Below are positions 29,709 to 38,621 of a DNA stretch of 64,000 bases, piece by piece. Location of the stretch: IMG/VR virus record IMGVR_UViG_3300033146_002768, positions 143,112 through 207,111 of that record. One strand, written 5' to 3'. Each line of letters starts with the position of its first letter. The stretch's first letter is position 1. The notes beneath the pieces were generated by a model that was not told the DNA's origin, ran no database searches, and saw nothing but the letters and a program-made list of their open reading frames with translations. A program made the position numbers and the translations under genes.

Positions 29709-30824
29709 TTAACCTACATTTTTTATTGAATTAATTAATGTTTCTTTAAACATTTTATTTTCTTTTAGTTCTTTGGTAATTCTCATTGTATTTTTATAAG
29801 TAATTTTTAATATCTTACATAAATTATCAATCGGTTCTGCATACTCTTCTGGTGATGATGAATTTTTTAATTGACTATTCATACACCCACCATTACAGTA
29901 TTTATATAATTCACATTCTAAACATTTTTTAAATGTCTTAGGATTTATTAGATTTGGATTTCTAAGTAATTGAATTTCTTTAGTAAATTCTTGATTAAAT
30001 GAATTTCCTATTTTCTTTTCTTTACAGCTACCAAATCTTGCACATGGATATATATCTCCATTAGGCATAAACCCAGCTCCACCAGTTCCAGCAAAACAAC
30101 CAAAAGGTCTTTTACCAAAACTCTTACCAAATAAAAGGTCTAAAGTATATAGTTGAAAGAATCCAACATTAGCATTAATGCCTTCGTTATAATATTTGAT
30201 TACTTGGTTAGCTAATAAATGACATTCAATTTCATAATTAGCAACATCATAATCTGTCCATATATCATCTCGAACTAATGTAAAATCAGGGTTGTTGACA
30301 TTTAATTCTTCAACAAACCATTTAAAATTATCAACCATTGTAGGAACACAATCAGGTGATACCATTACTTTACACCCACCACCACGTCCAAAGAAATATG
30401 ATTTTAATGGTTCAGTTAAATATAAATCTAAACTAGAACCACCATGTTTCAATTTACGATTTTTTTCATTCCACAATCCATCAAATGATAAAGACAATGC
30501 AATCTGATTATCATCAATGTATTGTCTTTTATAATCATCTTGTAATACTAAACCATTTGTCATTGCTATAATAAATTTACAATGAGAATCATTTTTTAAA
30601 ATTGGAATTATATATTCAATAAGCTCCCAATTTAATAATGGTTCACCACCAAACAATGCAGCAGTATATTCATGTTGTCCATAAAAGTCCATTATCTTTG
30701 GGAGCATCTTAAAATGTTTATCAAATATTTCGTTTGTCATATTATTCGGTTGTTGATTAATATAACAATATTCACAAGCTAAATTACAATCTTCAGTCGT
30801 TACTATCTGAAATTCAAATCCCAT
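29709..30824 (-). CDS. Radical SAM/SPASM (anSME-like) maturase
   Basis: CNLACEYC, FGGEPLLN, SFDG, full SPASM-like CFAG...G.IYPC...CLECELYKYCNGGC...C. Confidence 0.92.
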   Translation of the reverse strand: MGFEFQIVTTEDCNLACEYCYINQQPNNMTNEIFDKHFKMLPKIMDFYGQHEYTAALFGGEPLLNWELIEYIIPILKNDSHCKFIIAMTNGLVLQDDYKRQYIDDNQIALSLSFDGLWNEKNRKLKHGGSSLDLYLTEPLKSYFFGRGGGCKVMVSPDCVPTMVDNFKWFVEELNVNNPDFTLVRDDIWTDYDVANYEIECHLLANQVIKYYNEGINANVGFFQLYTLDLLFGKSFGKRPFGCFAGTGGAGFMPNGDIYPCARFGSCKEKKIGNSFNQEFTKEIQLLRNPNLINPKTFKKCLECELYKYCNGGCMNSQLKNSSSPEEYAEPIDNLCKILKITYKNTMRITKELKENKMFKETLINSIKNVG

Positions 30825-30834
30825 TATATTTCCT

Positions 30835-31359
30835 TTATTTCACGAATCCTAATACTAATTTTTCATCTGGATTATCATTAGTTTCTAATGCAATAGCCAC
30901 TTTAAATATATGTTCTAATACATTAGTTGCTGATCTTAAACAACCATTACCTGCAGAAATAAGAATATCTTTTTTATAAACTGGTCCGATTGTTCTAACT
31001 GGAACTCTACCAACTAAACCAACAACTGCTCCATCTTCCATTTTTGTATTCATTTCGAAACCAGGTGCTTTAGAAATAATACCAACTACAAATTCAGATG
31101 CATCTTTATCACAAATCTCTGCATCAAATTCACTATCAGATATTTCCATTACTGTCCCAATAGGAAGAGAAATATCTGGATTAACAGAATATCTCTCAGC
31201 AAGGTCACCGTAATATGCTCCAGTTGTATCACCTTGAAATGTAGCACAAAAAATATTATTAAATCTATCAGTTAGACCGCTACCTATATTGTATGCTCCA
31301 TTGCCAACATCAGTAGTAGTTTCATCTTTACCAATTTTTTGTCTTATTTTATAATTCAT
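30835..31359 (-). CDS. Stand-alone tail-spike chaperone-like domain (Peptidase G2/IMC-like)
   Basis: GDLAERY...GTV.....VGIIS..P...VGLVGRVPV...G.V.K.D.L. Confidence 0.6.
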   Translation of the reverse strand: MNYKIRQKIGKDETTTDVGNGAYNIGSGLTDRFNNIFCATFQGDTTGAYYGDLAERYSVNPDISLPIGTVMEISDSEFDAEICDKDASEFVVGIISKAPGFEMNTKMEDGAVVGLVGRVPVRTIGPVYKKDILISAGNGCLRSATNVLEHIFKVAIALETNDNPDEKLVLGFVK

Positions 31360-31370
31360 AATATATCTCC

Positions 31371-32195
31371 TTATACCTCAATCCAAACGTTACCAGCAGA
31401 ATAAGGTGCTAAAGAAACAACGTCAAATTGATTAGCTAAAGTAACAGTTGTATTTCCTTCAATAGTATCACTACCTTGTCTTTGAACAGTTACAGTGTTG
31501 GCATCAGAAGAAAGTTTCATTATTCTAATAACTCTATCTGATGTAGATGCTAAAGGTAATTCAACTATAGTGTTTCCAGCAGCAGTACTTACAACTACAG
31601 TATCATCTTCTGATGTAGCGGTATATGTTCCACCGCCAGTAACCTCAGAATAAACTACAGATGTTCCTGCTCCACCACCACCAGCTGTTGATGTTCCAAT
31701 GCTTGGATTTTCTGGATCATAATTAAATACTGCATCAACTTGTTCAACTCCACCTGGAGCACTTACTTCTATAGCACCAAGGAAAAGGTGTGTACCTGGA
31801 TTATAAACAGATGCTCTTTGTGAAGGTTTAATAATCTTAACAGATGCTTCTGGTGGAGGAGATATCTTTGCATATTCATAATGAAGGACTAGATAATAAT
31901 ATCCAACCTCATTCCAAACACCACCTGCTCCATCTACATAAAAATCGACATCTGTCATATCAACATTAATGTTTTCAATTTCAATTAATACATCATCCAT
32001 TATTGCTTTGCCAGCATTTGCTCTTGAAGTAGTATTGTTAACTATTTCTACAGTTATAGGAGATGGCATTAATAATACATTTGCACCATCTGATATAATT
32101 CTAGTAAGTTTATTTACTACATCTGAGTTGTAGCTTGAATAAGGATCAACACTTCTGACTTGTGTAGGAATTGGGTTCCCCATAATTTCCTCCAA
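31371..32195 (-). CDS. Tail/baseplate-associated structural protein
   Basis: C-terminal T4 fibre-type beta module (VVSTAAGN.I.LP....R.I.I.K....N.VTV...G.DTIEG). Confidence 0.55.
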   Translation of the reverse strand: MEEIMGNPIPTQVRSVDPYSSYNSDVVNKLTRIISDGANVLLMPSPITVEIVNNTTSRANAGKAIMDDVLIEIENINVDMTDVDFYVDGAGGVWNEVGYYYLVLHYEYAKISPPPEASVKIIKPSQRASVYNPGTHLFLGAIEVSAPGGVEQVDAVFNYDPENPSIGTSTAGGGGAGTSVVYSEVTGGGTYTATSEDDTVVVSTAAGNTIVELPLASTSDRVIRIMKLSSDANTVTVQRQGSDTIEGNTTVTLANQFDVVSLAPYSAGNVWIEV

Positions 32196-32267
32196 TTTAT
32201 TTTACTTTCTAAGTGAACTTTAATCTTATGAGTTTCTAAAGTGGCAAAAACCACTAAAATCGACAAA

Positions 32268-32286
32268 TATTTATAATATGTTCTAT
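32268..32286 (-). promoter_or_regulatory. Putative late promoter
   Basis: TAGAACATATTATAAATA upstream of tail gene 32195. Confidence 0.6.
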
Positions 32287-32326
32287 TTCAATTTACATGC
32301 TAGATTTATATTTTAATAGTATGATT

Positions 32327-32342
32327 CTATATATATTAATAA
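32327..32342 (+). promoter_or_regulatory. CTATATATATTAATAA motif (putative early/host-RNAP promoter), copy 1
   Basis: Same 16-mer at 49658..49673 and a one-mismatch copy at 49418..49433. Confidence 0.5.
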
Positions 32343-32359
32343 ACATAATATAACACAAA

Positions 32360-32453
32360 GCAATTGTACCGACGGAATATTTGGGATAATGCAAGGTGTT
32401 TGACATCTTACATTATCCCAAAAGTAACATCATCCGTATTTAGTAAATTGTGC
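32360..32453. ncRNA. Candidate structured non-coding RNA (long hairpin)
   Basis: TTGGGATAATG (32381-91) pairs with CATTATCCCAA (32411-21); inner AAGGTGT/ACATCTT; outer ACGGA/TCCGT; no ORF. Confidence 0.4.
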
Positions 32454-32501
32454 AAAATAACTGATTAGTAATTTATAATATGTTCTATATGTTTGGTTAA
32501 C

Positions 32502-33125
32502 TTAGTCACTTATTATATCAGTGTCCTCAAATACATCTTGAACAGTAGGATAGTGTTTATCTACTGTTACAATTATCCAGCCATCATCTTTTAATTTTTG
32601 ATTTTTATGTGGATCAGGAAATGGATCTTCATTATGCCAAAAAGAATTAGGAAAGTCAAATGCTACTTTCTTAATAGGGTCAGCCATATCAGTAATATAT
32701 TTCCATAATAATGCATCATCATGAAAATGTCTTTTCTCTATACTATAATTATTTTCTAAGTAAGGATAAGCATCATGAAGGAATGTTAGAATATCAGCTT
32801 TATTTTTTGATACTCCTTCTAAGTTTATATGTGAAAACTTATCATTCAATAAAGGATTATCAATATCTATTTCTTCATCTAATGGTTCAGATGGTATTCC
32901 TTCTGTATCTTGAAATAGAATACTATCTTTGAATTTATATCTTGTCGCTTGATATTGTGTGCTAGATATAGGACAATCTGGATACTTTAATTTATACTCA
33001 GCGAAGGTCATTCCATCATGTTTCTTTTTTAAATGTTTAGGTGTTATAAGTCTGAATGCTTCGCCACACTCTTGGCATATAACTTTACCATTTATACCTT
33101 TAGGATATTGCAACTCAATAGTCAT
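32502..33125 (-). CDS. Zn-finger plus degenerate DUF559/Vsr-like endonuclease
   Basis: CQEC...HLKKKH finger; YITDMADPIKKVAFDFPNSFWH where active enzymes have D....IE.DG..WH. Confidence 0.6.
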   Translation of the reverse strand: MTIELQYPKGINGKVICQECGEAFRLITPKHLKKKHDGMTFAEYKLKYPDCPISSTQYQATRYKFKDSILFQDTEGIPSEPLDEEIDIDNPLLNDKFSHINLEGVSKNKADILTFLHDAYPYLENNYSIEKRHFHDDALLWKYITDMADPIKKVAFDFPNSFWHNEDPFPDPHKNQKLKDDGWIIVTVDKHYPTVQDVFEDTDIISD

Positions 33126-33244
33126 TAATTTTCCCCTTAATCAAATCATTACATTTATTTAATTATATGTTCTATATTTGGAACATTATTACATATAAAA
33201 GAACAAATCTAAAATATAAACATATAATATATAAGGAGTTTAAA

Positions 33245-33787
33245 TTGAATACTTTTTTCACATCAGATCAACATTTTGAACACAGAGCTATTATAGATCA
33301 TTGTCAACGACCATTTGTTAGTACCAAACATATGAAAAACATTATTAAAAAATGTTGGAATAGAGTTGTTAAAGAAGAAGATAAGGTATATGTGGTTGGA
33401 GATTTTTCTTTACAATCTCCAAAATTAAGACAAATATTTAAACAAATTTTAGACAATCTAAATGGAAGAAAAATATTAGTTGTTGGCAATCATGAAGTTG
33501 ATAAAATATTCTTTTATGCTGGAGATCATGGAATAGGATTTGAACAAGTAGTATATCCTTATTTAGAAGTTGAGGAATTTGTGCTTTGTCATGATCCAAC
33601 ATTATCAATAGTATTGCCTGATAGACCTTTCATAGTTGGTCATGTTCATCAAATGTGGCATACATTAAGAAATTGTTATAATGTCGGAGTTGATGTAAAT
33701 GACTTCACTCCAGTTTCAATTGAAACTATAAGAGAACATTTTAGAAACAATACAGACATTAAAGTGGAGGCAAAAATTGAAACTTGA
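33245..33787 (+). CDS. Calcineurin-like metallophosphoesterase
   Basis: SDQHFEH, VGDF, GNHE, CHDP, GHVH. Probable TTG start after AAGGAG. Confidence 0.85.
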   Translation: MNTFFTSDQHFEHRAIIDHCQRPFVSTKHMKNIIKKCWNRVVKEEDKVYVVGDFSLQSPKLRQIFKQILDNLNGRKILVVGNHEVDKIFFYAGDHGIGFEQVVYPYLEVEEFVLCHDPTLSIVLPDRPFIVGHVHQMWHTLRNCYNVGVDVNDFTPVSIETIREHFRNNTDIKVEAKIET

Positions 33788-34154
33788 ATTGAAACAAAAG
33801 TTAGTAGATAACTATCCTGAAATAATTGATAATGTAGATCATATTATTTATTGTGGAGATGGATGGTACTGGTTGATTGATCACATTTGTGATTGTATTC
33901 AAAGTTATCTTGATAACAATCCACAGGAGCAAATTAAAGCTTTACAAATTAAATCAAAATTTGGTGAGTTAAGTTTTTATATAAATAGTAAGAATGAAAT
34001 TGTAAAAGGAATGATCTGGTTTGCTTCATTTTTATCAAGTCATATGTGTGAGAATTGTGGAACAAGAAAAGATGTATCCAGAGCTAAAGGTAATTGGGTT
34101 ATATACTTATGTCCATCATGTCAAATTATAAGGGAGAAATTAAAAAATGAATGA
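33777..34154 (+). CDS. Phage hypothetical protein with C-terminal CxxC pairs
   Basis: GDGW..LI, QIK.KFG.L.FY, CENCG, CPSC. Confidence 0.6.
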   Translation: MKLELKQKLVDNYPEIIDNVDHIIYCGDGWYWLIDHICDCIQSYLDNNPQEQIKALQIKSKFGELSFYINSKNEIVKGMIWFASFLSSHMCENCGTRKDVSRAKGNWVIYLCPSCQIIREKLKNE

Positions 34155-34635
34155 TTCAAAAACTATTGATTCATTTTCAGGCGAGTATGATTGGCTAAGT
34201 AATTTTTATCCAGTTAGTATTTACTATAAAGGATTATACTGGCAAACATCTGAACATGCTTATCAAGCTTCTAAAACAATGATTCCTGGTGAAATGGATT
34301 GGGTTAGAAATTGTAGAACGCCAGGTCAAGCTAAACGAATGGCATCAAAGAAAAAAGGAAAGATTACTTTAAGACCTGGTTGGGATTCTATGAGATATGA
34401 TGTTATGGTTGAAGTACTTAGAGAGAAATTTAAAAATCCTACTCTTTGGGAAAAACTTTGTTTAACTTTTGGGAAAGTTTTAATTGAAGGTAATCAATGG
34501 CATGATAATTATTGGGGTAATTGTTACTGTCCAGAGTGTGAAAATATAGAAGGATTGAATATGTTAGGTATGGCTTTAACACAAGTTAGGGGTGAACTAT
34601 TTGGTTCAAATGTAAAGAATAAATATGAAACGTAA
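34147..34635 (+). CDS. NADAR (YbiA-like) family protein
   Basis: F....DWLSNFYP, SEHAYQA.K, LIEGN.WHD.YWG, N.LG..L..VR. Confidence 0.92.
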   Translation: MNDSKTIDSFSGEYDWLSNFYPVSIYYKGLYWQTSEHAYQASKTMIPGEMDWVRNCRTPGQAKRMASKKKGKITLRPGWDSMRYDVMVEVLREKFKNPTLWEKLCLTFGKVLIEGNQWHDNYWGNCYCPECENIEGLNMLGMALTQVRGELFGSNVKNKYET

Positions 34636-34804
34636 AGTGGACTTTGTAACTAATAGTTCATCGTGTAGTTATATACTTGGGGTTACAATAAAACAAGTAT
34701 GTAAAAAATATAAACCTGACTGTATAGTTTTTGCAATATGTACACAACCATGCAAAGGAGCTATAAAATATGCTAGAGACCATGGAGAGGAAATAGGATT
34801 ATGA
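34625..34804 (+). CDS. Small protein with MKxxxDFVTNSSS N-terminal motif (not in ORF track)
   Basis: Manual translation MKRKVDFVTNSSSCSYILG...GEEIGL; overlaps both neighbours in typical operon fashion. Confidence 0.65.
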   Translation: MKRKVDFVTNSSSCSYILGVTIKQVCKKYKPDCIVFAICTQPCKGAIKYARDHGEEIGL

Positions 34805-35631
34805 AAGTTTTATATGCAACCGACCTACATGGTCAAACAAATAAGTTCGAAGCAGTATTAAAAGTTATTGATAACCATGATATTTTAATTCTTGGAGCTG
34901 ACATACTCCCAAAAGGTGAAGGAGCTACAGAAAAAAAGATACAAGATTTTATGCACAATTATCTTTTTAATTTCTTTCTAACAGTTAAAATTCCTATTAT
35001 TATAGATTTTGGAAATGATGATTGGGTAATGTATTATAAAAATTTCAAAAAAGTTATTGATATATTTCCTAATGTTCATATATCTCATTTAAATGAGATT
35101 AAAATAGATGAGTATATCTTTATAGGAATGCATTATGTTCCTGATTATCCATTTGGTATTAAAGACTGGTGTAGAATTGATGGTCCGAAAATATGTGACG
35201 ATATTCAATTCGGTGCTCCTTATACTTCAGAGAGTGGTGAGATTAAAATGATTAATGGATTGAGAAAATACTTTCTTGAGAAAAAATCAATCTATGATGT
35301 ATTGAATAGTCTTTCAAAACCAACTGATAAAACAGTTTATTTAATTCATTCACCGCCAAAGTTTTCAGGGTTGGATGTTTGTTTTAGATCAGGTCCAGTT
35401 GGATCAAATGATGTATTTAAATGGATAGAAAAAGAACAACCGTTCTTAACTCTTCATGGTCATATACATGAAAGTTATGAAATGACAAATACAGCAATAA
35501 CAAACATCGGTAAGTCTATTTGTATTAATCCTGGTCAAAAAGGAGGATATGGTTTCACTAATTTTGTATGGTGTGAATTTGATTTGGATGATGTTCAAGA
35601 AACATTCATAAGAAAGGAAATAAAAGAATGA
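34801..35631 (+). CDS. Icc/CpdA-like metallophosphoesterase
   Basis: TDLHG, GAD, GNDD, HSPP, LHGHIHE. Confidence 0.85.
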   Translation: MKVLYATDLHGQTNKFEAVLKVIDNHDILILGADILPKGEGATEKKIQDFMHNYLFNFFLTVKIPIIIDFGNDDWVMYYKNFKKVIDIFPNVHISHLNEIKIDEYIFIGMHYVPDYPFGIKDWCRIDGPKICDDIQFGAPYTSESGEIKMINGLRKYFLEKKSIYDVLNSLSKPTDKTVYLIHSPPKFSGLDVCFRSGPVGSNDVFKWIEKEQPFLTLHGHIHESYEMTNTAITNIGKSICINPGQKGGYGFTNFVWCEFDLDDVQETFIRKEIKE

Positions 35632-36095
35632 ATAAAATGTATTTAGTATTAGGTGACTGGTCAGATGATGGTCATGGTAAGTCTGAGAAGGTTTTAGTTG
35701 AAGTTAATAAAACAGTTGAAGAAGTTCAGAATGCTTATAAAGATTCTTGTAAATTGACTGGTATTTCTTTTAATGGAAATGAAGATTATACTGAAACTGG
35801 AAGACATTGGGAAATAGCTAACAAATATAGAATCGCAGTTGAATATGAAGATTATAAACTATCCGATGCAGTTCTTGAAGTATTAGAAAAGTTTAAATGC
35901 CCAAAAGAAATAATTGAAAATTACAATGAAGAAGCATATGAAGGAAATTATATTCCTTTATGGTTTTGGTTTATTGGACTTTATCTTCCAGATCTTGATT
36001 ACAAAATAATTAAAGAGGGTGATGGAATACCTTGTATAAATGGTTATTGGGATAAAAATTTGAATGTGGGGTTTGGATACGGATTATATCAATAA
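35628..36095 (+). CDS. Hypothetical protein
   Basis: 155 aa ORF in operon. Confidence 0.65.
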   Translation: MNKMYLVLGDWSDDGHGKSEKVLVEVNKTVEEVQNAYKDSCKLTGISFNGNEDYTETGRHWEIANKYRIAVEYEDYKLSDAVLEVLEKFKCPKEIIENYNEEAYEGNYIPLWFWFIGLYLPDLDYKIIKEGDGIPCINGYWDKNLNVGFGYGLYQ

Positions 36096-36105
36096 AGGAG
36101 AAAGG

Positions 36106-36354
36106 ATGGATAAAGATAAAGTACAAAAGATTATAGATTTTTATAACCAAGATGATGTTATAATAATGTATCTTTTAAGAAATGATGATTACCAAGGTTT
36201 GATCGAGGTTGATATCGAAGAAGATGATAGCGGAGATGAACCTATATTTCTTTCACGATCCTCTCACCCAAGAGCTAAAGAATATAATTATTTACATGAA
36301 TGTAATATAGAAGATTTTAGATTTTATAAAAGAGTTGATCTTGAAGGAGATTAA
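36106..36354 (+). CDS. Hypothetical protein
   Basis: Start adjusted to the ATG after an AAGGAG/AGGA RBS. Confidence 0.6.
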   Translation: MDKDKVQKIIDFYNQDDVIIMYLLRNDDYQGLIEVDIEEDDSGDEPIFLSRSSHPRAKEYNYLHECNIEDFRFYKRVDLEGD

Positions 36355-36765
36355 ATGCATTCTAGAGTGAGAGGAGTTAATTGTAAACAACAACAATTGT
36401 TAATGTTAAAACCAGGTATGTTACATTCTCATGCTGTTAGAATAAGAACCCATCGAGGTGAATCTATTTGGTCTTTATTGAAAAATTATATTAATAAAAT
36501 AGACATTAATACTATATTCAATAGAACTGAATTGTTGTCGTGTGTATATGTTCATGAAGTTGTTATAGGCGGAATAACTGCATGCCAAACTACAGTTGAT
36601 CAATATAAAAGATATTTAGTATTAGCTGAGATAGTAGAATCAGCAGGTTGGGGTAAATATAAAAAACTTAAAAACATACCCGAACATTTATCAATAAAAA
36701 AATTACAAAAACATGTATATAATTACGACTGGAGAAGTTGGTTTATATTAATAGAAGATTTATAA
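36355..36765 (+). CDS. Hypothetical protein
   Basis: 136 aa ORF. Confidence 0.55.
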   Translation: MHSRVRGVNCKQQQLLMLKPGMLHSHAVRIRTHRGESIWSLLKNYINKIDINTIFNRTELLSCVYVHEVVIGGITACQTTVDQYKRYLVLAEIVESAGWGKYKKLKNIPEHLSIKKLQKHVYNYDWRSWFILIEDL

Positions 36766-36775
36766 AGGAGAAAAA

Positions 36776-38611
36776 ATGGCTACACAAAGAACAGCGGAAG
36801 CAATTCAGTTAGAGAATGAAGTTAAAACTCATGATCAAGCATACTGGGTTAAAAACAAACCTCTTGTTAATGATGATATTTATGATCAGATTGTCAGGAG
36901 ACTTTTAAAAATCGAACCGGATAATGTATACCTTAATAAACCAAAAGCTCCAAAGGTTGATTCCCAAGGTAAGGTAACTCATTCAATCCCTATGTTAAGT
37001 CTTGATAAAGAATATGACTTTGATGGTATTCTAAAATTCTGTAAAAGAGTATGTAGAAGTTTGGATGAAAAACTTAAAGTAATGTTTAAGTTTGATGGAG
37101 TATCTGGTCAACTTATGTTTGATATTCTTGCCTCAAGAGGTGACGGTGATATCGGAGAAGACATTACACATAAACTTCCTTTTATGAATATTCTTACAAA
37201 AGGAGATCCAAACTTTGTACGAGGAGAAATTCTTTTCACCAAATCAAAGTTTAAAGAGATCAAAGGTGTCGTTACCAGAAAGAATGGTGAAGATTATAAG
37301 AATGAAAGAAACGCCGTTGGTGGTGTATTGAGTCGGGATGATATGGAACCTGTTCAAGTCCTTACCTTTGTTGACTTTGAATATATTTGCAAAGAGTTTA
37401 CTCATGCTGAAATTATTGAACTTGGTGCTTATGGATGGCAAGGTATTGTTGAAGAAGCAAAGGAATCAAATTTTCCAACTGATGGACTTGTTATAAAAGT
37501 TGCTGATGAAGAATATGCAAAAACTCTCGGTGAAACAAGACATCATTCAAAATCTGCTACTGCATTTAAATTTGCTAATCCTGGTGCCTGGTCTGTATTA
37601 AGAAGTGTTTTATTCAGTCCTGGTAAACATGATATAACTCCAGTTGGTAAGATTGATCCTGTTGAAATAACAGGTGTATCAGTTGCTAGTCCATCTCTCC
37701 ATAACTGGAAAAATATTCTTGACCGTGATTTACAAATTGGAGATGAGATTTGGGTTGAAAGAGCAGGTGATGTTATACCTTATATTTCAGCATCTAAACC
37801 AGGTAAAGAAAGAACTCCAATTGAGATACCTCCATGTCCTGTATGTGGTGGAGATGTTGCATATGTAGACCCTCAGTTGGTTTGTGTTAATGATGATTGC
37901 CCGGGTAAACTCTTAAATAAATTATCTGATGCAGTTATTAGAATTGGGATTGACCGTCTTGGTAAACCCACTATTCAAAAGATGATTGATACACATAACA
38001 TTGAAAACTTGGTTGATATATTCTCATTATCAATGGATGATCTTTTAAAGATGGAAAGATTTGGAAAAACATCTGCTGCTAATCTTTATAATGAAATTGA
38101 TAAGGTTAGACAAGGTGGAGCATATGAATGGCAGTTCCTTGCATGTTTAAATATTCAAGGAATCGGAAGAAGTTTAAGTAAAGATCTTTTGGTTGATAGA
38201 TCAATTTCTGATCTTGCTAAAATGACTGACGATATGTTAACTAAACTTCCAAATATTGGGGATGAGCGAGCTCATGTTTTAATTGAAGGAATTAGAAATA
38301 ACTGGGAGTATCTCAAAATATTAAATCAGATAATTCCTTTAAAAGTTGCTGAGGTTAAAGAAGATATTAATGAAGATGCTATAAAGATTTGTTTCACTGG
38401 TCGATTCCCTGAAAATAAAAAAGTTTATTATGATCTCTTAGAAGAGAAAGGTGGATATGATATTATGAATAAAGTTACAACTCTTACTGAAGTTTTAGTT
38501 GTTGCTGATCCATCTAAGGAATCAAATAAAACAAAATCAGCAAAGAAGAAAGGGATTAAAATTATTGGGATTGATGAATTGTTTGGAGGTGTAGATATTG
38601 GATCAGCTTAG
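36776..38611 (+). CDS. ligA: NAD-dependent DNA ligase
   Basis: H..PMLSL, KFDG adenylation motif, SRGDG..GEDIT, DGLVIK, A.K, ERAGDVIP, C..C zinc finger, HhH, BRCT. Confidence 0.96.
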   Translation: MATQRTAEAIQLENEVKTHDQAYWVKNKPLVNDDIYDQIVRRLLKIEPDNVYLNKPKAPKVDSQGKVTHSIPMLSLDKEYDFDGILKFCKRVCRSLDEKLKVMFKFDGVSGQLMFDILASRGDGDIGEDITHKLPFMNILTKGDPNFVRGEILFTKSKFKEIKGVVTRKNGEDYKNERNAVGGVLSRDDMEPVQVLTFVDFEYICKEFTHAEIIELGAYGWQGIVEEAKESNFPTDGLVIKVADEEYAKTLGETRHHSKSATAFKFANPGAWSVLRSVLFSPGKHDITPVGKIDPVEITGVSVASPSLHNWKNILDRDLQIGDEIWVERAGDVIPYISASKPGKERTPIEIPPCPVCGGDVAYVDPQLVCVNDDCPGKLLNKLSDAVIRIGIDRLGKPTIQKMIDTHNIENLVDIFSLSMDDLLKMERFGKTSAANLYNEIDKVRQGGAYEWQFLACLNIQGIGRSLSKDLLVDRSISDLAKMTDDMLTKLPNIGDERAHVLIEGIRNNWEYLKILNQIIPLKVAEVKEDINEDAIKICFTGRFPENKKVYYDLLEEKGGYDIMNKVTTLTEVLVVADPSKESNKTKSAKKKGIKIIGIDELFGGVDIGSA

Positions 38612-38621
38612 GAGGAATTAA

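Noticed and set aside
8583-30824. One of the radical SAMs being QueE or an anaerobic RNR activase (NrdG)
   Set aside because: No F(V/I)R..GC.L.C.WCDT or NrdG-type signature was seen, and no FolE/QueD/QueC or NrdD is adjacent; not excluded without HMMs
32195-33245. tRNA genes in intergenic gaps (also 49307-49858)
   Set aside because: No cloverleaf or TTCGA T-loop pattern found by eye; tRNAscan-SE would confirm
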